From NCBI GenBank assembly GCA_030832825.1, contig JAURIJ010000009.1, forward strand, positions 8,902 to 72,901: a DNA stretch of 64,000 nucleotides. Reading direction: 5' to 3'. This DNA comes from Gammaproteobacteria bacterium. GTDB taxonomy: Bacteria; Pseudomonadota; Gammaproteobacteria; Pseudomonadales; Pseudohongiellaceae. Below the pieces are notes generated by a model. That model did not search any database. It was not told the origin of the DNA and saw only the letters and a list, made by a program, of their open reading frames with translations. Positions 47,412-56,386 of the stretch are shown piece by piece; the first letter of the stretch is position 1, and every line of letters begins with the position of its first letter. A program made the position numbers and the translations under genes.

Positions 47412-48964
47412 CCGATATACAGCTCCTGCTGCAGGACACGGGAAATCTGCACCAGCGCGATACGCTGCTCCTCGAGGGCGAGGACCTGGAAGCTGAAGCC
47501 CTCCAGTTCCAGAATCGCGCCCACCTCGGGCAGGCCGTCGAACTTGCTCATCAGGAAACCGGCCAGCGTGGCGAAGTCGTCGATGTCGGCGTCGAACAGG
47601 CCCGTTTCCAGAACGCGGGACAGTTCGTGCAGGTCGGCGTGGCCAGCAACGCGCCACTGCCCCTCCTCCAGCGCCTCGATGGCGGGCGTCTCGTCCTCGT
47701 CGGGGAACTCGCCCGCGATGGCCTCGAACACGTCGATGGGCGTGATCAGGCCGGCGATGGTGCCGTACTCATCCACCACCAGCACCAGCTGGCCCCTGGA
47801 GCGACGCAGTGTCTCGATCAGGGGCAGCACGGCGATGGAATCCGGCACATAGATGGGCTTGCGCAGGGCGTCGCGCAGCGTGATGCGGCCGTTGACGGCC
47901 AGATCATTGAGCAGATCCTTGGCGCGGGCGATGCCCACGATCTCATCCAGGCTGCCCTTGCAGACCGGGAAGAAGCTGTGCGGCGTCTCGATGAGCATGG
48001 CACGGGTGGTGCCCACGTCGTCTTCCAGGTCGACCCAGGAGATGTCGGTGCGTGGCGTCATCAGCGAGCGCACGGAACGCTCGGCCAGTGTCAGCACGCC
48101 GGTGACCATGTTGCGCTCGGCCACATGGAAGGCGGCCTCTTCCTCGGCGGCGGCCTTCTCGTCCACGGTTTCCGGCTGATCATAGGCACGTCCGCCCAGC
48201 AGGCTGAGCACCGCGGCGGCCGTGCGCTCGCGCAAGGGGCGGCGAGCCTCGTTCTTCTGCCGGTTGCGGTTCGCCACCTGGTTGAAGAACTCGATGGTGA
48301 TGGAAAAGCCGATGGCGGCGTAGAGATAGCCCTTGGGAATGTGGAAGCCGAAACCATCGGCCACCAGGCTCAGGCCGATCATCAGCAGGAAGCTCAGGCA
48401 CAGCACCACGACGGTCGGGTGCTTGTCGACGAACTCGGTCAGCGGCTTGGACGCCAGCAGCATGAGGGAGACGGAGATCACCACCGCCGTCATCATCACA
48501 TAGATGTTGTTGACCATGCCGACCGCCGTGATCACGGCGTCAAGCGAGAACACGGCATCCAGCACCACGATCTGCGACACCACCAGCCAGAAGCCGGCAT
48601 AGACACGGTTTTCCAGATGCACGCGCGCGGACCCCTCCAGGCGCTCGTGCAGTTCGGTCGTGGCCTTGAACAGCAGGAACAGGCCCCCGAACAACAGGAT
48701 CAGGTCGCGTCCGGAGAACGGCACCGTGAAGACAGTGAACAAGGGCGTGGTCAGCGTCACCAGCCAGGAGACAATGCTGAGCAGACCGAGCCGCATGATG
48801 ACGGCCAGTCCCAGCCCGATGATGCGGGCCTTGTCACGCTGATGCGGGGGAAGTTTGTTCGCCAGGATGGCGATGAAGACGAGATTGTCGATGCCCAGCA
48901 CCACCTCGAGAATGATCAAGGTGATGAGGGCGACCCATAACGAAGGGTCCAACAGGAATTCCAT
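47408..48964 (-). CDS. TerC-family membrane protein with CBS pair and CorC/HlyC C-terminal domain (YoaE/YegH-like)
   Basis: 518-aa ORF with [17 protein letters not shown] (TerC), tandem CBS-like segments and a C-terminal transporter-associated domain. Confidence 0.9.
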   Translation of the reverse strand: MEFLLDPSLWVALITLIILEVVLGIDNLVFIAILANKLPPHQRDKARIIGLGLAVIMRLGLLSIVSWLVTLTTPLFTVFTVPFSGRDLILLFGGLFLLFKATTELHERLEGSARVHLENRVYAGFWLVVSQIVVLDAVFSLDAVITAVGMVNNIYVMMTAVVISVSLMLLASKPLTEFVDKHPTVVVLCLSFLLMIGLSLVADGFGFHIPKGYLYAAIGFSITIEFFNQVANRNRQKNEARRPLRERTAAAVLSLLGGRAYDQPETVDEKAAAEEEAAFHVAERNMVTGVLTLAERSVRSLMTPRTDISWVDLEDDVGTTRAMLIETPHSFFPVCKGSLDEIVGIARAKDLLNDLAVNGRITLRDALRKPIYVPDSIAVLPLIETLRRSRGQLVLVVDEYGTIAGLITPIDVFEAIAGEFPDEDETPAIEALEEGQWRVAGHADLHELSRVLETGLFDADIDDFATLAGFLMSKFDGLPEVGAILELEGFSFQVLALEEQRIALVQISRVLQQELYIG

Positions 48965-49124
48965 AAATCCTCTGTGGGTGGAAACGGAAGCCCGAGTTTA
49001 GCCGGGAAACGTGGCGAAGGTAAACGCCGCGTGTGGCAGGTCTGCTTGCAGCAGTGGCGGCGGATGCCGAGGTATACCCGCAAGCGGACGCGATGCCATA
49101 ATCGCCACAGCCCATTGAGCCGCC

Positions 49125-50915
49125 ATGACAAGGTCCATGAATTCTCGCCGCCTGAATCTGCTGATGCTGCTCTGCCTGAGCACCCCTGCCCTGGCGCGGG
49201 ACGCCACGCCGCAGCCGCAGATCCTGATCACGGGCGCCAGCCCGGCCCTCGAGGCCAATATCCGGGCCCTGCTCTCCATCGACAGCGAGCGCTGCGACGC
49301 CGATCAGGTGCTGCTCGACTCGCGGCGCCCGGCGCTGCGCCGCGAGATCGAACGTGCTGCGCAGGGACTGGGCTTCTATCGCCTCACGCACAGCCTCGAA
49401 TTCAGCCGCGCCGACGAGTGCTGGGCCCTGCGCATCGACGTGGTGCCTGGCGACCGGGTGCTGTTCGGCAATGTCGACGTGCGCTTCCCGGGCACCGAGG
49501 CTGCCGCGGCCGCACCCTTCGCCACCCTGCTCGCCGGCTCGCCGGTGGTCGAAGGCGCCGTGCTCAATCACCGCCTCTACGAGAACCTGAAGTCCTCCCT
49601 CAGCGCCCTGGCGGTGGAGAACGGCCATTTCAGCGCGCGCTTCTCACGCTCGGAACTTGCCGTGGACCTGGCGCGCAATCGCGCCGACGTGGTGATCGAG
49701 TTCGACCCGGGCCCGCGCTACGGCTTCGGCAGCATCGACATCAGCCCCATCGAGGCGTTGTCGGAGCGTTTCATCTCGCGCTTCGTGCCCTTCGCGCCCG
49801 GCGCGCCCTATTCCACCGAGGCGCTGGTGGCACTGCGCGAGAGCTTCAACAACAGCCAGTACTTCTCCGATGTGGCCGTCACGCCCCAGCTCACCTCGGC
49901 ACAGACCGCGCCCGGCGCCGCGCGCACGGTACCGGTGAACATCGCCCTGCAGGTGCGGCCACGCCGTTCCTGGACCGGCGGACTGGGCGTGACCACCGAC
50001 AACGGACCGCGCATGACGGTCAATTACGAGGACCGCTATTTCAACCGCTCCGGCCACCGGCAAAATGGCGATGTGGCGCTGTCCACCATGGAAAGCCGCG
50101 CCAATCTGAGCCACATCATCCCGATGGCCGACCCGGCGACGGAGAGCCTGAGCGTCTCTCTGGGCTATGTGGGCCAGGACAACGACACCTTCAGCATCGA
50201 CACCTACAAGCTCGGGGTGAGCTATCGCTCCACCATCGACATTCCGCTGCTCGGGGATGAGTGGCTGCAGAACATCTTCAGCAACTTCCAGCGCGAGAAC
50301 AGCGCGCTGAACACCGTGACGGTGAACTCCCACGAGAGCAGCAACCTGACCATCTCCGGCATCAACTGGACGCGCACGGCGGCCGACGACCCGATCTTCC
50401 CGACCCGGGGCTGGCGCGTCTTCACCCAGGTCAGCGGTGCCTCCAACGCGTTTGTGTCCGACCTGAGCTTCCTGCAGCTGTATGGCAGCGGCAAGCTGGT
50501 GCAGACCGTGGGCCCCGGGCGCGCCCTGCTGCGCGTGGAGGCGGGCACCACCCTGGTGGACGGCGTGAGCGAGCTGCCTGTGTCCATCCGTTACTTCACC
50601 GGGGGCGATCAGAGCGTGCGCGGCTATCAGTTCGGCAGTCTGGGCGCGCTCAACGCGCTGGGCGAGGTGATCGGGGGCAAGCATCTGCTCACGGCCAGCG
50701 TGGAGTACGACTTCAGCGTGCGCCCGAGCTGGAAGCTCGCGGTGTTCATGGACGCAGGCAATTCCTTCGCCGACTTCACCAACATCACCCTCAACAAGAG
50801 CGCGGGCCTCGGCCTGCGCTGGCTGTCGCCCATCGGCCCGATCCGGGCCGACATCGCCAAGGGCCTGGACGGCGGCAACTTCCGTCTGCACATCACCATG
50901 GGGCCGGACCTGTGA
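49125..50915 (+). CDS. tamA: Translocation and assembly module outer-membrane protein TamA (Omp85 family)
   Basis: 596-aa ORF with a signal peptide, POTRA-like repeats and an Omp85 barrel (IRYFTGGDQSVRGYQFGSLG). It is followed by tamB with a GTGA overlap. Confidence 0.87.
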   Translation: MTRSMNSRRLNLLMLLCLSTPALARDATPQPQILITGASPALEANIRALLSIDSERCDADQVLLDSRRPALRREIERAAQGLGFYRLTHSLEFSRADECWALRIDVVPGDRVLFGNVDVRFPGTEAAAAAPFATLLAGSPVVEGAVLNHRLYENLKSSLSALAVENGHFSARFSRSELAVDLARNRADVVIEFDPGPRYGFGSIDISPIEALSERFISRFVPFAPGAPYSTEALVALRESFNNSQYFSDVAVTPQLTSAQTAPGAARTVPVNIALQVRPRRSWTGGLGVTTDNGPRMTVNYEDRYFNRSGHRQNGDVALSTMESRANLSHIIPMADPATESLSVSLGYVGQDNDTFSIDTYKLGVSYRSTIDIPLLGDEWLQNIFSNFQRENSALNTVTVNSHESSNLTISGINWTRTAADDPIFPTRGWRVFTQVSGASNAFVSDLSFLQLYGSGKLVQTVGPGRALLRVEAGTTLVDGVSELPVSIRYFTGGDQSVRGYQFGSLGALNALGEVIGGKHLLTASVEYDFSVRPSWKLAVFMDAGNSFADFTNITLNKSAGLGLRWLSPIGPIRADIAKGLDGGNFRLHITMGPDL

Positions 50916-53900
50916 GCCCGCTGCTGCGTCGACTGCTGCTCACTCTGGCCGCGCTGGCGGGCGTGGTCCTGCTGCTGCTCGGCGCTCTGGCGGCCGTGAT
51001 CAGCACGCCCGCAGGCAGCCGCTGGGCCTTTAGTCAGGCGCAGCTCGCGGCCGCCGTGGCCGGCCTGCAGATCGAGGTCGGCCGCCAGAGCGGCACCCTG
51101 CTGCGCGGCCTGCAACTGCAGGACCTGACGCTGCGCCTGGCCCCCAACCGCGTGCAGGTGCAGGCGCTGCAGGTGCGCTGGAACCCGTTCAGTCTGCTGA
51201 GCGGCACGCTGGTGCTCGACGAACTGCGGTTGCAGGGACTCGACGTGGAATGGAACAGCGCACCGACCGACGCCGCAATGCCCGCCCTGGCGCCCCTGCT
51301 GGCGGCCCGACTGCCGTTGCCCATCGCTCTGGAGCTGGACGCCCTGCGTCTGGAGCAGGGGCAACTGAGCCTGGACGGCAGCCGGCTGGAGATTGTGCAG
51401 GCTGCGCTGAATGCCCGTCTGGACGGCACCGCCCTGGCGCTGGACGACATGCTCCTGCAGACCCCGACGTTGCAGGTGCGCGGCACGCTGCAGGCCGACC
51501 TGACGGGCAGCGTCGCACTGCGCGGCGCGCTCGACTGGCAGTTCGACAATGCCGCCGCGCCGGCGTCCGCCGCCGGGCACCTGGTGCTCAGCGGCACACT
51601 CGACACGCTGGGCGTGACTCACAGCCTGCACACACCCCTGCAGGTGGAGACCCAGGGCAGTCTCGTGCTCAATCTGGCCACCGGGGGCGGTGCGCCGACA
51701 CTGGGCTTGACCCACACGCTGCAGACCCAGTCGCTGGCCGGCCTGCTGCCCGACGGCGGGGCGCAGGTGAGTATCCGCGAGGCCGAGATCAGCACCACCG
51801 GCTGGCCCGACGCGCTGCAGATCAGCGGCCTGGGCGCCCTGCGCGTGAGCAATGCCGAGGGCACGCCGCTGCCGGACGAGCTGGCGCTCAACTGGAACGC
51901 CGTGCTGCACAGCCAGTCGCTGCAGGTGGATCAGCTGAGTCTGAGTACCCGCAGCGGCAATCTCGGCGGCAGCGGCGAGTTGCGCTGGGACGACGGCGTG
52001 CAGGCCAGCCTGAGCTATGTGCTGCGCGAGACCGACGCCAGCCGCTACAGCGCGCTGCTGCCTGCGGGTGTGCTGCCGGGCGAGCTCGCCAGCACGGGCA
52101 GTCTGACGCTGCAGCAGCGCCCCGACGCGCTGAATGGCCGGCTTGTCATCGATTCCCTGCAGGGCACGCTCAACGACTACCCCTTGGCAGGCAGTGGCGA
52201 GATCGCCCTCGACGGCGAGGATATCCACTTGCAACGGCTCTCCCTGCGCAGTGGCCCCAATACGCTGCAGGTGGACGGCCGCTGGGCCGAAAGTCTCGAC
52301 CTGCAGCTGCGTCTGCAGGCCCCGCAGCTGGGCACGCTCTCGCCACTGCTGGCGGGCAGTCTGGACGCCACGGCCGCCATCGCGGGCACCCCGCAGGCTC
52401 CTCGCCTGACCTTGCAGGCCGACGGCAGCGCCCTGCGCGTGGGCCGCATGGCGATTGCGAGCCTGAATGCAACCGGCGCCCATGCCGAGGGCCGCAACCG
52501 AGTGAAGGTGAATGCCCGGGAGCTGAGCCGAGACAGTGTCACTGCTCGTTCGATGACACTTATCATCCTAGGGGGCGCAGAGGCACATCGGCTGCAGCTC
52601 AGTCTGGACAGCCCGTTCCTGCAGGCGCAGGTCGCCGTCGAAGGTGCGCTGAGCGGGCTGACGGCGGACACGGCGCTGCAATGGACGGGCCGCCTGCGCA
52701 GCGGAACGCTGGGCACGGAGCTGGGCGAGTGGCGCCTGGACAGCCCTGCCGCCTTGCGCTGGAGCCCTGCGGACTGGCAGCTCGCCGAGCACTGCTGGCA
52801 ACAGGCCGGCAGCAGAACCTGCCTGCAGGCCACGGGCGCCGCGGATGGGGCCCTGCAGGCCACGGCCCGCCTGCAGGGCCTGCCGCTCGACCCTTTCAAC
52901 GCACCCACCACGCCGGCGCCAGGCCGTCAGCTGCCCGCCCTGCCGCAGGGCACCACGCTGACCGGTCTGCTCGACGCCACGATCAATGTCGCGGGCATGG
53001 CAGGCGCCACCCTGCCCGACCTGCGCGTGGCGGCTGACCTGCAATTGCAGAATGCCATGCTCACCCTGGCCACCCCTGCGAGGGCGTCGGACGACGACGC
53101 CCCGGCGGCCGTGCCGCGGCAGCTGCAGCTGCGCATTGCCACCCTGAGCGCCGAGCAAGTGGCGGGCGCCTGGCAGTTGCAGAGCCTGCTGGAATTCGCC
53201 CAGCCTCGGCTTGGCGCGACCGCCGGCCTGCAGGGTTCGGCGCGCACCCGCCTGAACATCGCCCCGTCCGGCGCCCTCGACGGCGACGTCGCCCTGGGGT
53301 TCGCGGCCTTGCAATGGGTGGAGGCGCTGGTGCCCGCCCTGCGCAATGTCGACGGCCGCCTGACCGGACTCGCCGTCATTGGCGGTTCGCTGCAGACCCC
53401 GCAACTCGGAGGCACCCTGAACCTGCAGGACGGGGCGCTGGAAGTGCCCGCGCTCGGCCTTGCACTGGAGGGTGTCAACGCCAGCCTCGTCGCCGACAAC
53501 GACGCGCGTCTGGCGCTGCAGGGCGAGGCCCGCTCCGGCACCGGCTCGCTGCGCTTCTTCAGCGATGTCGAGGCGCCCCTCAGTGAGACCCCGACGCTGC
53601 ACCTGCGGCTGGTCGGCGACAATTTCACGCTGGCCGAGCGCCCCGAACTGCGCATGACCGTGAGCCCGCAACTGACGGTGGAGGCGAGCCCGCAGGGCGT
53701 GCATGTCAGCGGCAATCTGCTGCTGCCCTTGCTGGACGTGCGCATCACCAGCCTGCCCGAGACGGCCATCGATGTCTCCGCCGACACCGTGCTGGTGGCC
53801 CAGCCCGAGGATGGCCCGGCCGTGCGCAATGCAGCCACCTCATCCCTCGGGCCACTGCAGAACGTGCCGCTGACGGCCCAGGTCTCACTGCAGCTGGGCG

Positions 53901-54568
53901 AGGCCGTGCATTTCGCCGGCTGGGGGCTGGACACAGACCTGAACGGCGCCCTGGAGATTACGCAGCGCGCCACTGGCGCTCCGCTGACCTATGGCGAACT
54001 GACCGTGCGCCAGGGCAGCTACCAGACCTATGGGCGCACGCTGAACATCGAGCACGGCAAGTTGCTGTTCTTCGGCAGCTATGACAACCCCGCGCTGGAC
54101 ATCCGCGCCACGCGGGAGGCCGAGGACGTGAAGGTGGGCGTGCAGATGAACGGCACGCTGCGCAATGTCAGCAGTCAGCTGTTCTCCACCCCGACGCTGC
54201 CCGACGGCGACATCATCGCGGTGATGCTGACGGGCCGCCCGCTGGCCGAAGTGGGCAGCCAGGACAGCAATGCGCTGGTGGGCGCCATCACCTCGCTGGG
54301 CATCAACCAGGGGCAGAACCTGACGAACCAGATTCGCAATCAGCTGGGCCTGGACACGCTGGCCATCAGCAGCACGGGGGACGTGGCCAACAGCAGCCTG
54401 ACCCTCGGCAAGTATCTGACGCCGCGCATCTTCATCCAGTACGGCATCGGGCTGTTCGAGACGGAGTCGACGCTGGCGGTGGATTACACGGTGTCGGAAC
54501 GGGTGAAGCTGGAGGCGAAGTCGGGGAGTACACAGAGCCTGGACATCACCTATACGGTGGAGCGGTAG
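50912..54568 (+). CDS. tamB: Translocation and assembly module protein TamB
   Basis: GTG 50912 overlaps the tamA stop and gives VSPLLRRLLLTLAALAGVVLLLLGALAAVI (signal anchor). The body is long and beta-rich, with a DUF490-type C-terminus (GKYLTPRIFIQYGIGLFE...LEAKSG). The track's 50261 start lies inside tamA in another frame. Confidence 0.87.
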   Translation: MSPLLRRLLLTLAALAGVVLLLLGALAAVISTPAGSRWAFSQAQLAAAVAGLQIEVGRQSGTLLRGLQLQDLTLRLAPNRVQVQALQVRWNPFSLLSGTLVLDELRLQGLDVEWNSAPTDAAMPALAPLLAARLPLPIALELDALRLEQGQLSLDGSRLEIVQAALNARLDGTALALDDMLLQTPTLQVRGTLQADLTGSVALRGALDWQFDNAAAPASAAGHLVLSGTLDTLGVTHSLHTPLQVETQGSLVLNLATGGGAPTLGLTHTLQTQSLAGLLPDGGAQVSIREAEISTTGWPDALQISGLGALRVSNAEGTPLPDELALNWNAVLHSQSLQVDQLSLSTRSGNLGGSGELRWDDGVQASLSYVLRETDASRYSALLPAGVLPGELASTGSLTLQQRPDALNGRLVIDSLQGTLNDYPLAGSGEIALDGEDIHLQRLSLRSGPNTLQVDGRWAESLDLQLRLQAPQLGTLSPLLAGSLDATAAIAGTPQAPRLTLQADGSALRVGRMAIASLNATGAHAEGRNRVKVNARELSRDSVTARSMTLIILGGAEAHRLQLSLDSPFLQAQVAVEGALSGLTADTALQWTGRLRSGTLGTELGEWRLDSPAALRWSPADWQLAEHCWQQAGSRTCLQATGAADGALQATARLQGLPLDPFNAPTTPAPGRQLPALPQGTTLTGLLDATINVAGMAGATLPDLRVAADLQLQNAMLTLATPARASDDDAPAAVPRQLQLRIATLSAEQVAGAWQLQSLLEFAQPRLGATAGLQGSARTRLNIAPSGALDGDVALGFAALQWVEALVPALRNVDGRLTGLAVIGGSLQTPQLGGTLNLQDGALEVPALGLALEGVNASLVADNDARLALQGEARSGTGSLRFFSDVEAPLSETPTLHLRLVGDNFTLAERPELRMTVSPQLTVEASPQGVHVSGNLLLPLLDVRITSLPETAIDVSADTVLVAQPEDGPAVRNAATSSLGPLQNVPLTAQVSLQLGEAVHFAGWGLDTDLNGALEITQRATGAPLTYGELTVRQGSYQTYGRTLNIEHGKLLFFGSYDNPALDIRATREAEDVKVGVQMNGTLRNVSSQLFSTPTLPDGDIIAVMLTGRPLAEVGSQDSNALVGAITSLGINQGQNLTNQIRNQLGLDTLAISSTGDVANSSLTLGKYLTPRIFIQYGIGLFETESTLAVDYTVSERVKLEAKSGSTQSLDITYTVER

Positions 54569-54604
54569 GGCTTCTCGCGTCTGCATGGTCCGTGGCGGGC
54601 CGGG

Positions 54605-54632
54605 CTTGAAATTTGAGGCGGCAGCCCTGTTC
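54605..54632 (+). promoter_or_regulatory. Possible sigma-32 (RpoH)-type promoter upstream of the Hsp20 gene
   Basis: CTTGAAA (54605..54611), a 13-nt spacer, then CCCTGTTC (54625..54632). Consensus is CTTGAAA-N13-17-CCCCATnT. It lies about 48 nt upstream of ATG 54680. Confidence 0.35.
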
Positions 54633-54679
54633 ACGGCATGGGCTGAATGCCGTTGTGTACAGACTGACGAGAGAGAACC

Positions 54680-55318
54680 ATGAAAGACACGCGTAATCTG
54701 TGGATTGCAGGACTTGCCAGCGTCCTGGTCATCACCCTGGCCGCCTTGGGCTGGTCGCACTGGCGCCTGAGCAACGAGCTGCAGGCCCTGCGCGGCGATG
54801 AGCCGTCCGCCAACCCCGCCCTGCTGGAAAGACTGGAGGAGATGGCCGAGGAACAGTCGCGCCCGCGCGGGCCGGCCTCCCTGTTCGACCCGGACTTCGA
54901 CCCCTTCGGCGCCAGCCTGTTCGGCACCGACCCCTTCGCGCGCCTGCAGCAGATGCAGTCGCAGATGGACCAGCTGTTCAACACCGTGAACAGCAGCTTC
55001 GGCTTCAGTGGCTTTTCCGCCGCGTTCCAGCAACCGCAGATCGCGGTGGAGGAGCTGGACAAGGAATTCCGCGTGGTGATCACCCTGACCGAGGGCAGCG
55101 AAGTGGAGCTGGAGACGGCATTGGAGGACACCACGCTGTCCATCTCCGCCCAGGTGCGCAGCAGCGTGCAGGACCGCCGCGCCGGGCTGCAGACGAGCAG
55201 CACCAGCGTGAGTCAGTTCTCACGCCGCATCGATCTGGGGGAACCGGTGGACGCGCGCGGCATGCGCACGCAGAAGTCGGACAGCGAGATCGTGATCACG
55301 GTGCCGAAGCTGGGGTGA
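54680..55318 (+). CDS. Hsp20/alpha-crystallin family protein with N-terminal membrane anchor
   Basis: 212-aa ORF with TM helix LWIAGLASVLVITLAALGW. C-terminal alpha-crystallin-like domain (VEELDKEFRVVITL...LSISAQV...FSRRIDLGEPVD...SEIVITVPK). Confidence 0.8.
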   Translation: MKDTRNLWIAGLASVLVITLAALGWSHWRLSNELQALRGDEPSANPALLERLEEMAEEQSRPRGPASLFDPDFDPFGASLFGTDPFARLQQMQSQMDQLFNTVNSSFGFSGFSAAFQQPQIAVEELDKEFRVVITLTEGSEVELETALEDTTLSISAQVRSSVQDRRAGLQTSSTSVSQFSRRIDLGEPVDARGMRTQKSDSEIVITVPKLG

Positions 55319-55326
55319 GCAGGAAA

Positions 55327-55347
55327 ACGGCGCGTCAGTCGCGCCGT
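55327..55347 (-). terminator. Hairpin at the end of the toxin-antitoxin operon (weak intrinsic terminator)
   Basis: ACGGCGCG-tcagt-CGCGCCGT. On the minus strand it is followed by TTTCCT. The loop contains the antitoxin stop codon. Confidence 0.4.
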
Positions 55348-55661
55348 GGCACCGAGTCGATGGCTCGGGCGAGATCGCGGGGGGATGCGCCGAGGGCCAG
55401 CAGCGACTTCATGAGCAGGTCCACTGACACGCCTGGATCCCCGGCCTCCATCTTCGCGATGCGCGACTGACTGGACTGCACCAGCCTCGCGAGGTCGGCC
55501 TGAGTCAACTCACTTTGCAAACGACGCTCGCGCAGGGCAAGCGACAGGGCAAGTTTCACCTGCACGTAATCCGCTTCCTGCGGCGACAGACCGAGAAACT
55601 CTTCGGCACTGCCCACTCGCCAGCCTGCCGCCTCCAGTCTTTCACGCTTGTCTGCTCGCAT
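55335..55661 (-). CDS. higA: XRE-family HTH antitoxin (HigA-like)
   Basis: 108-aa ORF with HTH segment LTQADLARLVQSSQSRIAKMEAG. It overlaps the upstream toxin gene by 20 nt. Confidence 0.8.
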   Translation of the reverse strand: MRADKRERLEAAGWRVGSAEEFLGLSPQEADYVQVKLALSLALRERRLQSELTQADLARLVQSSQSRIAKMEAGDPGVSVDLLMKSLLALGASPRDLARAIDSVPRRD

Positions 55662-55986
55662 GGTCGTAACTCCTCAATCGGCTTCTGCAGCGCATCAAGG
55701 CGCTGGCAGGGGTGGTGTCGGTCTTCTTTGCCATCACTTCCACAATGACGACGGCATCGGAATCCAGTCGGTAGAAAATTCGCCAGTCAGCCCCTTCGTC
55801 AGTGATGCGCAGCTCGTGACAGCGCGCGCCAATCACTGGCATCGGCCGGGACTGGGGCATTCCCAACAACTCGCCTTGCTGCAATAGGCGCAGCAGATAC
55901 CCGGCCTCCAAGCGAGCGGCGCGCGAGAAGGGAGGCGACTTCACATCTCCATGTAGCCAGACCACCGGCTTGTCCATTGTGCCCAT
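55642..55986 (-). CDS. higB: RelE/ParE-superfamily toxin, HigB / Gp49-like
   Basis: ATG 55986 is preceded by AAGGA at 7-nt spacing. The pattern KPVVWLHGDVKSPPFS...EAGYLLRLLQQGE...MPQSRPM..IGARCHELRI....ADWRIFYRLD.DAVVIVEVMAKKT matches the toxin-first HigB-type family. Confidence 0.75.
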   Translation of the reverse strand: MGTMDKPVVWLHGDVKSPPFSRAARLEAGYLLRLLQQGELLGMPQSRPMPVIGARCHELRITDEGADWRIFYRLDSDAVVIVEVMAKKTDTTPASALMRCRSRLRSYDHASRQA

Positions 55987-56031
55987 GGCATGATCCTTAT
56001 GCCCAATATGACATAAATACTGAAAACACAA

Positions 56032-56047
56032 AACGGAAAATTCCGTT
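56032..56047. promoter_or_regulatory. Inverted repeat AACGGAA-aa-TTCCGTT, likely operator of the higBA promoter
   Basis: 7-bp arms, 46-61 nt upstream of the toxin ATG. On the minus strand a TATTTA -10-like hexamer follows 12 nt after the repeat. Confidence 0.45.
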
Positions 56048-56386
56048 CTGGTGCCATCAAGCGTAGCAGTTGGATGACGAGGTGCTGGTCTGCAGCCCGG
56101 GGCTTGAACAAGCCGGCTGACTCATGGATAAAGCCGGGGACGTGCGTGACGTGGATTGGGATTGATTTGAATTTGATGGGATAAAGGACGCGATTTTCAC
56201 GAAATCGGATTGGCGCAAAATCGTCGATTTACTGTGTTCAAGGTCAACACACTGATAGTAATTGGAACAGGACTTCAGCCTGAACACCCTGTGACTGGCC
56301 CCCTTGGCTCCCCTCTCCCGAAGATCGAGGAGCCCGGCGTCGCGCGGCACTGGATGGAGTCGGGCGGCGCACGAAGCCCAAAGACC

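Noticed and set aside
47412-47657. N-terminal extension of the DUF1704 ORF ([13 protein letters not shown]...).
   Set aside because: It overlaps the 3' end of the TerC-family gene and has junk-like Arg/Pro/Gly composition. ATG 47411 forms an ATGA coupling junction and matches the expected family N-terminus.
50261-50911. The ORF-track start of the 1435-aa TamB ORF at 50261.
   Set aside because: This segment lies inside tamA in a different frame and translates to Arg/Gly/Pro-rich sequence. GTG 50912, overlapping the tamA stop, gives a proper signal anchor.
56057-56350. The 97-aa ORF upstream of the TA module as a third TA or defence component.
   Set aside because: It has Ser/Thr/Cys-rich low-complexity translation, no Shine-Dalgarno, no motif, and AT-rich likely promoter DNA.
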